Of a DNA stretch of 57,226 bases, positions 9,842-20,050 are shown piece after piece. Below the pieces are notes generated by a model that saw only the letters and a program-made list of their open reading frames with translations, did no database searches and was not told the origin of the DNA. Both the position numbers and the translations under genes were made by a program. Numbering within the stretch: position 1 is the first letter of the stretch; every line of letters starts with the position of its first letter. Source of the stretch: Candidatus Woesearchaeota archaeon. Its GTDB lineage: Archaea; Nanobdellota; Nanobdellia; Woesearchaeales; GW2011-AR9. Location: NCBI GenBank assembly GCA_016181265.1, contig JACOZP010000009.1, forward strand, positions 1 through 57,226, in the 5' to 3' direction.

Positions 9842-10783
9842 TTAAATAATCTTTAGTGGGTCAGATAGTTTAGCACGATCTTCTTTACGGATAACTTTCC
9901 GCAGTTGAAGGTCACCAACACCAATGGCGTTGAACCTGCTTGCGTACATTATCTCGATGATTAAACGAGGCTTTTTGCGTGATCGTGAACCGTAGTGAAA
10001 ACATCTCGAGGCATTTATCATCAATGTTGATCCCGCTTTTCCCGTAAAGGGGATGGTCTCTTTAGGAGAGATATATTGATACATCTTCTCATCTGGAACG
10101 CGACCATCATAGTAGTTCATTTTCCGGGCAATCTCCGTTGATTTGTCTGCAGGGATAAGAGTAAACGGTCCAGCATCGTGATCAACATCGTGGACAGCAA
10201 TAAAAAATTGGAACCGGTTATGATCCCTTTTATCAAAATGAAATTTTTGTGAGTCTATGGTTTTATCATTAACATCAGTGTGCATTAAGAAGATGTTTCC
10301 TAATAAAGGCATTTCGCCAAGATAGTTAGCAACCATGCTGACAATATCTGGTCTGGTGGCAAATTCAATGAGCGGTTTTATCTCTTGAAAATCACAATAT
10401 CTTTTTTTCTCTCCATGTTTACCAATCAGAAATACTTTTGATTTGAAGTCTTGACTCTTCTGGTAATATGCTTCTACGTCATCTTTTCGCTGCTCAAATA
10501 CTTTTTGACAATGTGCGACGATGTCGCTAATGCCGGGGATATCTTCTGGTTGAAGAAAGAGGAACTGGCTCGTTTCTGGTAAGGAGAGGCGTGGGGGGTA
10601 CTGGCGCACGAGATCTTTTATTTTCCGTTTTCTGGTAATATATGCATACGGATGGGCAGTGATTTTTGCTCTTTTTATTATTTTCCAGCGATATTTAGCG
10701 GAAAAGCCCATCTTATTGAGAATGAAATTAAAGATCCGATCACTTCCTATTTTTCTTAGCCGAGCGATACTGTATTTATTCAT
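9842..10783 (-). CDS. 2-oxoglutarate/Fe(II) dioxygenase (phytanoyl-CoA dioxygenase-like)
   Basis: SQKFHFD (HxD), GPFTLIP, G.AG, FHYGSR...R motifs. Confidence 0.7.
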   Translation of the reverse strand: MNKYSIARLRKIGSDRIFNFILNKMGFSAKYRWKIIKRAKITAHPYAYITRKRKIKDLVRQYPPRLSLPETSQFLFLQPEDIPGISDIVAHCQKVFEQRKDDVEAYYQKSQDFKSKVFLIGKHGEKKRYCDFQEIKPLIEFATRPDIVSMVANYLGEMPLLGNIFLMHTDVNDKTIDSQKFHFDKRDHNRFQFFIAVHDVDHDAGPFTLIPADKSTEIARKMNYYDGRVPDEKMYQYISPKETIPFTGKAGSTLMINASRCFHYGSRSRKKPRLIIEIMYASRFNAIGVGDLQLRKVIRKEDRAKLSDPLKII

Positions 10784-10876
10784 GATCTATTTGCGAGAGA
10801 TATATTTTATTTATAATGCTTTCGGAAATTGGCTTCGGAATCCGAAATATTTAAAAAAAGACTGGTTTTCGCCTAA

Positions 10877-11680
10877 ATGATGACTTTTCACTCACTAAAA
10901 GATAAGAAGAAAGTGATCCGCCGAAGATCGTTCAAAGAAACCATCAAGCTAGCTGTTGTCAGAACTAGCAAACAGTTCTTAATGATTGATCTTGTGCGAT
11001 ATTGTATTGCCTTACTAAGATTTATCTACTTTACGAAGATTAGAAAGCGATTTCGCGTGTATAAAGGAGATAGAGAAAAAATTAGTGATAATACGATCTT
11101 TCATAATTTCCCCCGCTTTAAGAGTCTTGCTGTGATTAGATCAAACCTTCTCATTCGTCCACTTTCGATCATTGATCCCATTTATTCTCGATTAGAACAG
11201 ACAAGCGTTCTTTCGATTGGCCCAAAAGCGGAGGGAGAGCTCTTTAATCTGGTTGGCTATGGCTTCTCTCCCTCTAAAATAAGGGGTGTTGATCTCGTGT
11301 CTTACTCTCCTTGGATAGATGTGGGAGATATGCATCATCTCCCGTATCGTAATAACTCTTTTGATGTTGTAATGAGTGGCTGGGTTATTGAGGGATATAG
11401 TCGCGATCCGAAACAAGCAGCTGCCGAGATGCTTCGTGTCGTAAGAGATGGAGGTATTATCGCTGTTGGTATTGGCTGGTCTCCGGATTCATTTCGCCAA
11501 AAGTTAAAACAAACACGTGGCTACAATTTCGAGCGACGCTTAACTAGTGTGCAAGATATCCTTAATCTATATGGTAATTCAGTTGGTTCTATCTACTTTT
11601 CTCAAGACCTGCGTGAAGAGGCGAAAACAAGGGCATTCGGTCAAGATATTATGGTCATTTTTTCTGTTAAGAAGAATTGA
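10877..11680 (+). CDS. Class I SAM-dependent methyltransferase
   Basis: VLSIGPK, GVDL, GDMHHLPY..NSFDVV, EMLRVVRDGG. Confidence 0.8.
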   Translation: MMTFHSLKDKKKVIRRRSFKETIKLAVVRTSKQFLMIDLVRYCIALLRFIYFTKIRKRFRVYKGDREKISDNTIFHNFPRFKSLAVIRSNLLIRPLSIIDPIYSRLEQTSVLSIGPKAEGELFNLVGYGFSPSKIRGVDLVSYSPWIDVGDMHHLPYRNNSFDVVMSGWVIEGYSRDPKQAAAEMLRVVRDGGIIAVGIGWSPDSFRQKLKQTRGYNFERRLTSVQDILNLYGNSVGSIYFSQDLREEAKTRAFGQDIMVIFSVKKN

Positions 11681-11726
11681 TCTTCGTTTAATAATACTTA
11701 TAAAGAATTCTCTCTAATATCCCTGG

Positions 11727-12272
11727 ATGGGTTTGTATTTCTCTAAAGGGAAGAATGTCGTTCTACGACCACTGCTTTCTCGGGATATAACAGAAGATTA
11801 TATCTCCTGGTTTAATGATCCAGAAGTAAATATGTACTCCCGTAGGAGACTCTTTCCAACAAATGAATGGCAGGCGAAAGATTATCTTTTGCAAGGACAA
11901 GCAGATGGAGCAATCTTAGCAATTTGCAATAATGAGGGAAAACATGTTGGAAATATCAAGTTTGGACCGATTAATTGGGTTCATCGCTCTACGGAAATAA
12001 TGATTATAATTGGTGATAAGAAAGAATGGGGAAAGGGTTATGCACGGGAAGCGATGTACCTGATCGCGAAACACTTATTTAACGTCTTAGGACTGCATCG
12101 GATTGAGGCAGGAACAGTTAATCCAGCTTTTCTTACTGCTGTAGAAAAAATTGGCTGGAAACGAGAGGGCACTTTTCGCGAGGCTTACTTCTTAAATGGT
12201 AAATTCAAAGATATTGTAAAAGTTTCGTTATTACATCATGAGTTTATTGAGAGAGCTGAATTTGAACCATGA
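11727..12272 (+). CDS. GNAT N-acetyltransferase (RimJ/RimL, PseH-like)
   Basis: LRPL, WFNDPEV, IGDKKEWGKGYA, GWKREGTFRE. Confidence 0.85.
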   Translation: MGLYFSKGKNVVLRPLLSRDITEDYISWFNDPEVNMYSRRRLFPTNEWQAKDYLLQGQADGAILAICNNEGKHVGNIKFGPINWVHRSTEIMIIIGDKKEWGKGYAREAMYLIAKHLFNVLGLHRIEAGTVNPAFLTAVEKIGWKREGTFREAYFLNGKFKDIVKVSLLHHEFIERAEFEP

Positions 12273-13348
12273 CACTGAATGTTGGGATTATTGGTTGTGG
12301 AAATATTGCATCGTTGTATAGTAATGATTTCTCTCGCTGGCCAGTCACACATTTAGCGGCTTATACCGATCACCCTATGACAAAAGTAGTTGCTGTTTGT
12401 GATACCGATCCCTCGCGAGCACGTTCCTGCGCGGAGAGGTGGGATATTCCAAAATGGTACGCGAGCTATGTTGAGATGCTGCAACAGGAGAAGTGTGATA
12501 TCATTAGCATTTGTACCTCTTATGAAAGCCACGCGGAGATTATTAGAGAGATTGCTCGGTATCGTGTCCGTGCGATTCTTTGTGAAAAGCCGTTTACTCA
12601 TAATCTTGATGATGCTCGGGAAGTAACAGATTTGTGCAAGAAGAAGGGGATTTCTCTCGCCGTCAATTTTCAGAGAAGACATGACCGGTTGCATGAGTAT
12701 GTCAAAGAGAATCTTTCTTCTCTAGTTGGCGATGTTAAAAAAGTTACTTTCCTTTATTCTGGTGGAATTATTAATAATGGGAGTCATGCTTTTGACCTTC
12801 TTCGCTTCTATTTTGGAGAGATCTCATCTTTATCTTCCATTGTTGAAGATGGCACATCTGACGGTTCCTTTGCTATGGATCCTAATTTGACTGTCCATCT
12901 TCGGTTTACATCCGGCCTTTCGGTAGTACTGACTTCTTGTACAATCCCAAATCATTCTACTTTTGAAATGTCGATACTTGGTACGAAAGCAAGATTAGAT
13001 CTTCTGAACAAACCTTTCTTTGGTTATGATTATCGTTATTTTCCCTACGTTTCTTCTGAAACGCTTCCTTCTGTTACTTGTTCTTCGAGCGTTTTGAAAC
13101 ACACTCTCCCTAATGATTTCTCTCGTGATTTGCTTGTTAGGGCTATTGATAATCTAATTCAGAGTATAGAAAATAACGACCCTCATTTTGAACTTGTCTC
13201 TTCCGCTGAAAATGGTATTTCTGCATTAGAGTTAGTTTCAGCGGCGATCTTTTCAGCAAGAACACACCAAGAGATTACATTCCCTTTCACGCAGTCTCTG
13301 ACTTTACCACGATTACAAGGGGTGTTCACAACATGGAAGAGAAATTAG
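12269..13348 (+). CDS. Gfo/Idh/MocA-family oxidoreductase
   Basis: GIIGCGNI, CEKP, VNFQRR, NNGSHAFD. Confidence 0.9.
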   Translation: MTLNVGIIGCGNIASLYSNDFSRWPVTHLAAYTDHPMTKVVAVCDTDPSRARSCAERWDIPKWYASYVEMLQQEKCDIISICTSYESHAEIIREIARYRVRAILCEKPFTHNLDDAREVTDLCKKKGISLAVNFQRRHDRLHEYVKENLSSLVGDVKKVTFLYSGGIINNGSHAFDLLRFYFGEISSLSSIVEDGTSDGSFAMDPNLTVHLRFTSGLSVVLTSCTIPNHSTFEMSILGTKARLDLLNKPFFGYDYRYFPYVSSETLPSVTCSSSVLKHTLPNDFSRDLLVRAIDNLIQSIENNDPHFELVSSAENGISALELVSAAIFSARTHQEITFPFTQSLTLPRLQGVFTTWKRN

Positions 13349-14622
13349 CGCTGTTTGGAGGAGAGCCAACGTTTACGGGGGCTTTGCCGATAACAAATAC
13401 TATTGGTGTTGAGGAAAAGGAGGCAGTTAATAGGGTTATGGATCGCGGTATCCTTTCTAGCTTTGTGGGGAGATGGGATGATCGTTTTTATGGAGGGCCA
13501 GAGGTACGACGGTTTGAAAGTATATTTGCTCAAAAATTCAAAGTTAACAATGCGGTCTCGTTTAACTCAGCGACGACTGCTCTACAGGCAGCAATCGCTG
13601 CCGCCGGTATTGGGCCAGGAGATGAAGTAATTACCAGCCCTTATACTATGTCGGCAACAGCTTCGTGTATTCTTGCTAATCATGCTATACCTATTTTCGC
13701 AGATATCGATGAACATACTTTTTGTCTTGATCCGGTTGATGTTAGGAAAAAGATTACTCCTCGGACGAAAGCGATTCTATCAGTAAATATCTTTGGTCAT
13801 GTTCCTGACTATGATCAACTCTTAGCGATTGCTCGTGAGCATGGGTTGTTGTTGATTGAGGATTGCGCGCAATCGCCTGCTGCTTTTTATAAAGGAAGAT
13901 ATGCTGGAACAATCGGTGATATGGGAGTTTTTAGTTTTAACTTCCATAAGACGATGCATTGTGGTGAGGGGGGTGTTTTAGTAACTCAGGATGAACGTTT
14001 AGCTTTCCGCGCCCAGCTTGTGAGAAATCACGGTGAAGTGGTCTTGGATGAAGTTCCAGTGAGTGATTCTCGGAAACAAGAAATAGTTCTTGGTAGTAAT
14101 TATCGGTTAAGTGAGTTGCATGCTGCTATTGCGACCGAGCAGCTTCAAAAACTCGATTTTTTGACTAAAGCGCGTGTAGCTCTCGCGGATTACCTTACGC
14201 TAAAGCTTAAAGGAATTCCAGGTCTAGAATCCGTCTTTGTCAGATCTGGCTGTACTCATGTTTACTACATTTATCCACTGAAGTACGATGAGAATTATTG
14301 GGGTTTCCCTCGATCTAAATTCGCGCAAGCATTGAAAGCGGAAGGCGCGCCGATTGCAGAAGGGTATGTTAAGCCGTTATACTTAATCCCCCTTTATCAG
14401 CGCAGGAAAATGTATCCCAGAACTGCTTTTCCTTTTGTCTCTCTAGATTCTTCTGATGATCCCCATTATCAGAAGGGCAGCTGCCCTGTTGCTGAACGGA
14501 TGTATGAAAAGGAGTTACTCACTACAAATATCTGTCGATATCCACTGACGAGAGATGAAATAGATCGATTTATTTCTGCAATCCAAAAGATTGATCGCCA
14601 TAAAAGAGAATTACGGAGTTAG
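13333..14622 (+). CDS. DegT/DnrJ/EryC1/StrS PLP-dependent sugar aminotransferase
   Basis: NSATTAL, GPGDEVI, IEDCAQS, FSFNFHKTMHCGEGG. Confidence 0.93.
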   Translation: MEEKLALFGGEPTFTGALPITNTIGVEEKEAVNRVMDRGILSSFVGRWDDRFYGGPEVRRFESIFAQKFKVNNAVSFNSATTALQAAIAAAGIGPGDEVITSPYTMSATASCILANHAIPIFADIDEHTFCLDPVDVRKKITPRTKAILSVNIFGHVPDYDQLLAIAREHGLLLIEDCAQSPAAFYKGRYAGTIGDMGVFSFNFHKTMHCGEGGVLVTQDERLAFRAQLVRNHGEVVLDEVPVSDSRKQEIVLGSNYRLSELHAAIATEQLQKLDFLTKARVALADYLTLKLKGIPGLESVFVRSGCTHVYYIYPLKYDENYWGFPRSKFAQALKAEGAPIAEGYVKPLYLIPLYQRRKMYPRTAFPFVSLDSSDDPHYQKGSCPVAERMYEKELLTTNICRYPLTRDEIDRFISAIQKIDRHKRELRS

Positions 14623-14628
14623 GTCTAC

Positions 14629-15639
14629 ATGGTTAAGACGATCTTTTTTTTTAGCCAAGACCCTGGCAGTGCTAATGCCCTTTTTCCGGTGATAAAGAAG
14701 ATACAAGAAAGAAAATGGCTTTTTAATGTATTCGTTTTCGCCACAAGACAAAGCAAAGAAATTTTTCGAGGCGAAGGAATTGATTTCACTGATCTTGATG
14801 TTCATCATTTCTCTCCGGAGAATTTCCCTTCCCCTGCGTTGATTATAGTTGGAGCGAGCGCGGGGTTATGTCCCGAAAAGTCAGCGATCCTTTTCGGGAA
14901 AGAAAGAGGTATTCCTACGCTTTCTATACTTGATTTTTGGAGCAATTACTCCTCTAGATATAGTGAGAAAGAAAATGATTTTGCGTATCTTCCTGATTTC
15001 GTCTTGGTGATGGATCAAAATGCTAGGGACCAAATGATTGAGTTAGGATTTTCTCAGAAAAAAGTTATCGTGACAGGTAATCCTTTTTTTGATACTTTCA
15101 AGCTTGCTTCTGTTCAAAACGATACGCGAGACATCCTTTATGTTTCTCAGCCAGAAGTGAAAGAAGGAAAGTACTCTCCGAACTATACTCTTCTTAAAGA
15201 TATTTTGGACGTCAAAAAAGAATTGAACATTCCCTCTTCTTTGATCATACGTCCTCATCCGAAAGAGGATTGTAATGCATACAATGAGTATTGCACCAGC
15301 GATATCGTTGTCGATTGTACTTCTTCCATTCGCTCCTTGTTACAGAAATCATCAATAGTTATTGGAAGACATTCCATGGTCCTCTTCGAAGCTGTTTTTT
15401 CGGGGAAATTGGTTCTGAGCTATCAACCAGAAAATGAATCTGTTGATCGTTTAATTACCAATATGATGGGCCTCTCTTATTGTGCGAGATCGAAAGAAGA
15501 GTTAATAGTTCTCTTTAAGAAAGCAACAAGTGGTGAATTAAAAAAGAAGGAGATTGGTATAGTTCCTTATCTTAATGATGGGAAATGTACCGAACGGGTT
15601 GTTGCAGAGATCGAAAAAATGTTGGTTTTATTTACATAA
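14629..15639 (+). CDS. GT-B fold protein (possible nonulosonate transferase)
   Basis: DPGSAN, DFWSNY, VTGNPFFD, RPHPKE, SMVLFEA. Confidence 0.6.
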   Translation: MVKTIFFFSQDPGSANALFPVIKKIQERKWLFNVFVFATRQSKEIFRGEGIDFTDLDVHHFSPENFPSPALIIVGASAGLCPEKSAILFGKERGIPTLSILDFWSNYSSRYSEKENDFAYLPDFVLVMDQNARDQMIELGFSQKKVIVTGNPFFDTFKLASVQNDTRDILYVSQPEVKEGKYSPNYTLLKDILDVKKELNIPSSLIIRPHPKEDCNAYNEYCTSDIVVDCTSSIRSLLQKSSIVIGRHSMVLFEAVFSGKLVLSYQPENESVDRLITNMMGLSYCARSKEELIVLFKKATSGELKKKEIGIVPYLNDGKCTERVVAEIEKMLVLFT

Positions 15640-17164
15640 ATCTCTTTACGATTTTCTTAGCTTTACCAAGATCTATTCCAAATTTTCTTTCGATTGCTAA
15701 CAAGATCTGTTGATCTTCAACAGCGATGGCTCGTAAGAATAATGCGCTCAAAAAGTAGATTGAGATGAAAAATATGGAGAACAGCATAAACTTGACAAAA
15801 GATAGTGTCCCAGCGTATTGTAGATAAGAGTAGCCTAGTCCTAATGTAATGATCCCGCTGGCGATATATTTTAAGTAATATTTGCCTTGATAGTGAAATT
15901 TAAGGAGTCGCTTTGTTTCAAATAGGAAGATTACCTCGCGTAAGAAGATAGCTGTTGCCGTCGCGATAGCAGCTCCCATCAGACCATAGAGAGGAATTAG
16001 TACAATATTTAACGTAATGTTTAGCAAAGCTACAGAGATATTTATAGAGAGGATGAATTTTAATCGTTCGAATGTCTTGAGAACTTCTTCGGTCGGTCCG
16101 CTCATAACGCTGGCGAATGTTCCTCCCAGTAGAATTATCAAAGAAAGCGCAGCCGGTAGATATTCTTCTCCAAATAAGTATTTGATGATGGAGGAGGGAG
16201 AGAGTACGAGCAAAAGGAAGAATGGTAAGCTGGTGAAAAATATCCATCGCGCGACGACCGAGAAGAGAGCGGCAATTTCATCTACTTTTTCATTCGCTTT
16301 TAATTCGGCGATGATCGGGAAGAAAATTGAGGAGAATGTGGCGAGGAAGATGATAGCTGTTCCAGATAGAGAGAGGGCAATATTATAAATTCCTACTGCC
16401 GTGGCATCGGCAAGATAACCAAGCATGAATGTGTCTGTCCAACTAACAATATCAATAAAAACTGCTGAAAGAAAAAGCGGCAAGGAAAAACGCATAAGTT
16501 CTTTGTATTCTGGTATTGGCTTTACATTTGACTGGAAGAGAGGAGAGACACGATTTAAGAGAAAGAAAGCGATGATCAGCGCGAGGAGCGCTGAGACTAA
16601 AAAGGTAATAGAAATGGAAAGGACAGAACCTTCAATAAGGATTATGACTCCTACGAGAAATAAAGATATTGACTCTTTGCCAAAAGTGTTTGAATAAATG
16701 TTATATTCCGGCTTCTTAAATGCAGTAAACGCTTTACCAATTAATTTGAGCATTGTAAACGCAGGAATGCTTAACACCATGATTAGGAGAATCCAGCGAA
16801 GTTTTTGGTTATGAAAGACTTGTTCAGCAATAAACGGAGAGAAACTGACTAAGATAATGACGATGATGCTTGAAATAATTCCGGACGTTTTTAGGGCAGC
16901 GATGAGTGTTCCTTTAACTCGCTCTTTATCTCCAAGGCCGTTATAATGCGCGATAAACTTTACAATGCCATTATTTAATCCGACAGTGGCGAGCAGCGAA
17001 GAGATGTTAACTACCATTAGTCCTAAAGAGAAAAGACCAAAATCCTCTGGTCCAAGATAACGAGAGACAAGAAGTTTATAACAAAAACGGAAGATGTATA
17101 GTACGAAAGCCCCTAAGAAGATTATCCCTGCCCCTCTTGCTACTTTGCTAATTCCACTATCCAC
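15632..17164 (-). CDS. Oligosaccharide flippase (Wzx / MOP superfamily)
   Basis: About 12-14 hydrophobic segments; RYLGPEDFG, TDTFMLG..VGIY, LNIVLIPLYGLMGAAIAT. Confidence 0.92.
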   Translation of the reverse strand: MDSGISKVARGAGIIFLGAFVLYIFRFCYKLLVSRYLGPEDFGLFSLGLMVVNISSLLATVGLNNGIVKFIAHYNGLGDKERVKGTLIAALKTSGIISSIIVIILVSFSPFIAEQVFHNQKLRWILLIMVLSIPAFTMLKLIGKAFTAFKKPEYNIYSNTFGKESISLFLVGVIILIEGSVLSISITFLVSALLALIIAFFLLNRVSPLFQSNVKPIPEYKELMRFSLPLFLSAVFIDIVSWTDTFMLGYLADATAVGIYNIALSLSGTAIIFLATFSSIFFPIIAELKANEKVDEIAALFSVVARWIFFTSLPFFLLLVLSPSSIIKYLFGEEYLPAALSLIILLGGTFASVMSGPTEEVLKTFERLKFILSINISVALLNITLNIVLIPLYGLMGAAIATATAIFLREVIFLFETKRLLKFHYQGKYYLKYIASGIITLGLGYSYLQYAGTLSFVKFMLFSIFFISIYFLSALFLRAIAVEDQQILLAIERKFGIDLGKAKKIVKRFM

Positions 17165-17214
17165 TAGCTATCTTTTACATAAACTATTTATAAGGCTTGT
17201 TAAAGAGGAGTCTC

Positions 17215-18735
17215 ATGGCTACGATTATCCTTGGTTTGGATGGAATGAGTTTAGAGCTCCTTGAATTATGCCAGAAGGATATGCCTAATCTCCATGGACT
17301 CCTTTCGAAGAGTGCTTATACTAGTGCCAAGAGTGTATTTCCCATTCTGTCTGGCCCGGCGTGGACGAGTATCCTCACTGGCCAGGGTGTTGGGAAGCAT
17401 GGCTTTCTTAATTCTTTTTATTATGATGATAAGATGCAGGTTAGGATTACCCAACCGGAAGATGTATCAGAAGAGCATTTGTACGAAACTCTTTCCCGAT
17501 TTGGGAAGAGAGTATTTGTGATGGATGTTCCTTTCTCTACTTCTCGTAAGATTAAAGGAGATTTCCTTGATTCTTATTTTTCTACAAAGGAAAAACGTGA
17601 TCAGATTGTGCCTGCCGATTTAGTTACACGATTTCCTAGCATCAGGAATTATCTTAACTACAAGCCGAAGATCAAAAATATGAATAAAAATATTCGAAGT
17701 TTTATTGAGATCATCAATAACAATGGGGAGATCATTAAAGATATCATCAATTCTAAGAGCTATGATCTCATGTTTTTTCAGCTTAGTATTGTTGATTGGA
17801 TCCAGCATAAAGCGTTGATTGAGATAAAGCACCGACCACGAAGTAGGAAAGCGAGAGTTTCTGTTTTGGTGCTTAGAGAGTTGGATCATTTAATTGGATG
17901 GATAATTTCTCACCTTTGTCCCGAGGATCATTTCTTTGTGATTAGCGATCATGGTGGGACAGAATTGGAGGGTACATTCTTCATCAATAGCTGGCTGCGC
18001 AAGGAAGGTTTCTTGAGATTAATGGAACCGGTGAAAAGGAAGAACAATCTAGATGGCAGTAGCAGCTCCCGTCTCTCAAATTTTCTGGGAGAGACTATTG
18101 GCTTTCTCGCTAAGACTGCTAAGAGTAATAGGCTTCTCTTGAACATGGCAAAACCAATTCATCGAAAAATGAGATCCTATTTTGGAAAAGATTTCAGCAG
18201 TGAAGAAAAGATTAATTACCAAGAAAGCAAAGCGGTATGTCTAATTAAGAATATTCCTATCATCAAGATTCTGGAAAAGGATTTCGTTAAGAGGGAGCAG
18301 TTAAAGAGGGATATAATGGCCCGGCTTCGTGATGATTTAGCTTTTACCTCGTGGGATATTCTTGATTATTATCATTGTTGTGATGCGTCTTCAGAGATTA
18401 AGGGGAGGTTACGCCATTTTGGAGATATTGTTGTTGATTTAGAGAAACAGGAATTAGATGTATTTTTAGGTAATCGGATTTTCCTGAAAGGTAAAACAAT
18501 GTTCCATGATGAGAATTCCATCTTTATTGGCTATGGTCCAGAGATTAAAGTTGGCAAAATCAAGCAAGAAATCTCTATTATGGATATTTGTCCAACAGTC
18601 CTTTACTTTTTCGGTATTCCTATCCCAAACAGTAAAGACGGAAAAGTAATGGATATTTTTAGGAAAGAATTTATCCCTCCCTCTCTGGAGTCACCAAAGC
18701 CCGATGATGAAAACATCGAGATGATAGATTGGTGA
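17215..18735 (+). CDS. Alkaline phosphatase superfamily phosphodiesterase/phosphotransferase (COG3379-like)
   Basis: ILGLDG, P..SGPAWTSILTG, DWIQH, VISDHG, FH...IFIGYG, MDICPT; GAGGAG upstream of ATG 17215. Confidence 0.8.
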   Translation: MATIILGLDGMSLELLELCQKDMPNLHGLLSKSAYTSAKSVFPILSGPAWTSILTGQGVGKHGFLNSFYYDDKMQVRITQPEDVSEEHLYETLSRFGKRVFVMDVPFSTSRKIKGDFLDSYFSTKEKRDQIVPADLVTRFPSIRNYLNYKPKIKNMNKNIRSFIEIINNNGEIIKDIINSKSYDLMFFQLSIVDWIQHKALIEIKHRPRSRKARVSVLVLRELDHLIGWIISHLCPEDHFFVISDHGGTELEGTFFINSWLRKEGFLRLMEPVKRKNNLDGSSSSRLSNFLGETIGFLAKTAKSNRLLLNMAKPIHRKMRSYFGKDFSSEEKINYQESKAVCLIKNIPIIKILEKDFVKREQLKRDIMARLRDDLAFTSWDILDYYHCCDASSEIKGRLRHFGDIVVDLEKQELDVFLGNRIFLKGKTMFHDENSIFIGYGPEIKVGKIKQEISIMDICPTVLYFFGIPIPNSKDGKVMDIFRKEFIPPSLESPKPDDENIEMIDW

Positions 18736-18738
18736 TCA

Positions 18739-19374
18739 CTAGTGCAAAATCTCGTGCAGTCTCTCAGCGAGCTGGCATAATCTTCTTTCAGTAATCTTAG
18801 TTTTTCGAATTGGCTTCATCTTAACGAATTCTTCCTTTGTAAGAGGATCATAATGAATCTGCTTCTTGCCGAAAGTGCTATCAACGATAGAAGGTTGTCC
18901 CAGATCGCCGCGGAAAGGAAATAGTTTGAGATGGAGATGCTCTTTTTTCTCTTTCCACGTCGTAGTCTTACCGTACACTGCGACAGCGACACCTTCTTCT
19001 CGAGTAGATGAGATCGCTTTAAAGTTCGGCTGCTCCTCTGCCATGATTCTCGTCATTGCCGCATTCAGTTTGCTAAAAGCAAGACCATAATTCTTTGCAA
19101 GTTCAGGATTCCCTGCCAGCTGAGCAAAATGAGAAAAATGCCCTAAAGTCATCAGTTGTATTGTAAAATCTCGCTGATGATCCCCTCCTGTCTGGGGAGA
19201 TAATGTCGCAAACCAGCCGTTGACAATGGAATCGCCGATGCGAAAGATGACGATCGCATTATATTTTGTCCGCGTCCCGACGGGCAATATTGCTTCTTGG
19301 CACCAGACACAATCATCTTTGAGAGAAATGTCTTCTGCTAAGAGAATTTTTAATTGCTGTACAGTATTATGCAT
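18739..19374 (-). CDS. HIT-like protein with CxxC and HxHxK motif, paralog A
   Basis: DDCVWC, GHFSHFAQL, NYGLA, YGK, EHLHLKL; clearly similar to 19436-20050. Start at ATG 19374, as the longer ORF overlaps the divergent gene. Confidence 0.6.
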   Translation of the reverse strand: MHNTVQQLKILLAEDISLKDDCVWCQEAILPVGTRTKYNAIVIFRIGDSIVNGWFATLSPQTGGDHQRDFTIQLMTLGHFSHFAQLAGNPELAKNYGLAFSKLNAAMTRIMAEEQPNFKAISSTREEGVAVAVYGKTTTWKEKKEHLHLKLFPFRGDLGQPSIVDSTFGKKQIHYDPLTKEEFVKMKPIRKTKITERRLCQLAERLHEILH

Positions 19375-19402
19375 GAACCATCTAACATCAAAAATGCCGT
19401 AA

Positions 19403-19414
19403 CATTTATAAAAG
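19403..19414. promoter_or_regulatory. Palindromic TATA box in the divergent intergenic region
   Basis: TTTATAAA about 25-30 bp from both divergent start codons (19374 and 19436). Confidence 0.5.
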
Positions 19415-19435
19415 ATGTGAAAGGGGAATTTTTTC

Positions 19436-20050
19436 ATGACGCTTAGCGACTTGTTAGAACAAGCAACTACAACCAGTAGCGACTGTGTCTTTTGTGATTT
19501 TTCCACAGCCGATGTCGGAGACAAAGATAGCCGCGGTGCAGTAAAAGTATTCCAAACAGGTTCTAGTTTCGGGCAGGATTGGTATGGTATCCTCCAAACC
19601 GGTGTGATGTCTGATCCAATGAGTGGTTTTCGACTGTTACTTGTTCCTTTAGGTCATATTCAATCTTTTGCTGAAATCGCTAAAGATAGACGACTAGCAG
19701 AAAATTATGGAATTGCAACTGCACAGCTAAGCTTAGCGATGCAAAGAATCAGAGAAGAAGAATATGCTGGTACAGATACATTTACACCGGGTCAAATCGT
19801 CTATGGAAAATGTCATACTCCCGTAAATTCACAATCTCATCTTCATTTAAAACTGGATGAATTTAGCGGGGGGTTAGCACAAGCATTTCCTCCTGACGCG
19901 GGATGGATAAAAAAGCAGACCGGGCAGAGTGAAGGATCCATGGGAGAATTATATGTCAGAGCACGACCAGTCACAACAGTAGAATTAGAGTTGGAACGTA
20001 TCACCTCACTAGCCGATAGGTTGATTGACTACGCTAAGAGATCAATTTAA
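19436..20050 (+). CDS. HIT-like protein with CxxC and HxHxK motif, paralog B
   Basis: SDCVFC, LLVPLGHIQSFAEI, NYGIA, YGK, QSHLHLKL. Confidence 0.65.
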   Translation: MTLSDLLEQATTTSSDCVFCDFSTADVGDKDSRGAVKVFQTGSSFGQDWYGILQTGVMSDPMSGFRLLLVPLGHIQSFAEIAKDRRLAENYGIATAQLSLAMQRIREEEYAGTDTFTPGQIVYGKCHTPVNSQSHLHLKLDEFSGGLAQAFPPDAGWIKKQTGQSEGSMGELYVRARPVTTVELELERITSLADRLIDYAKRSI

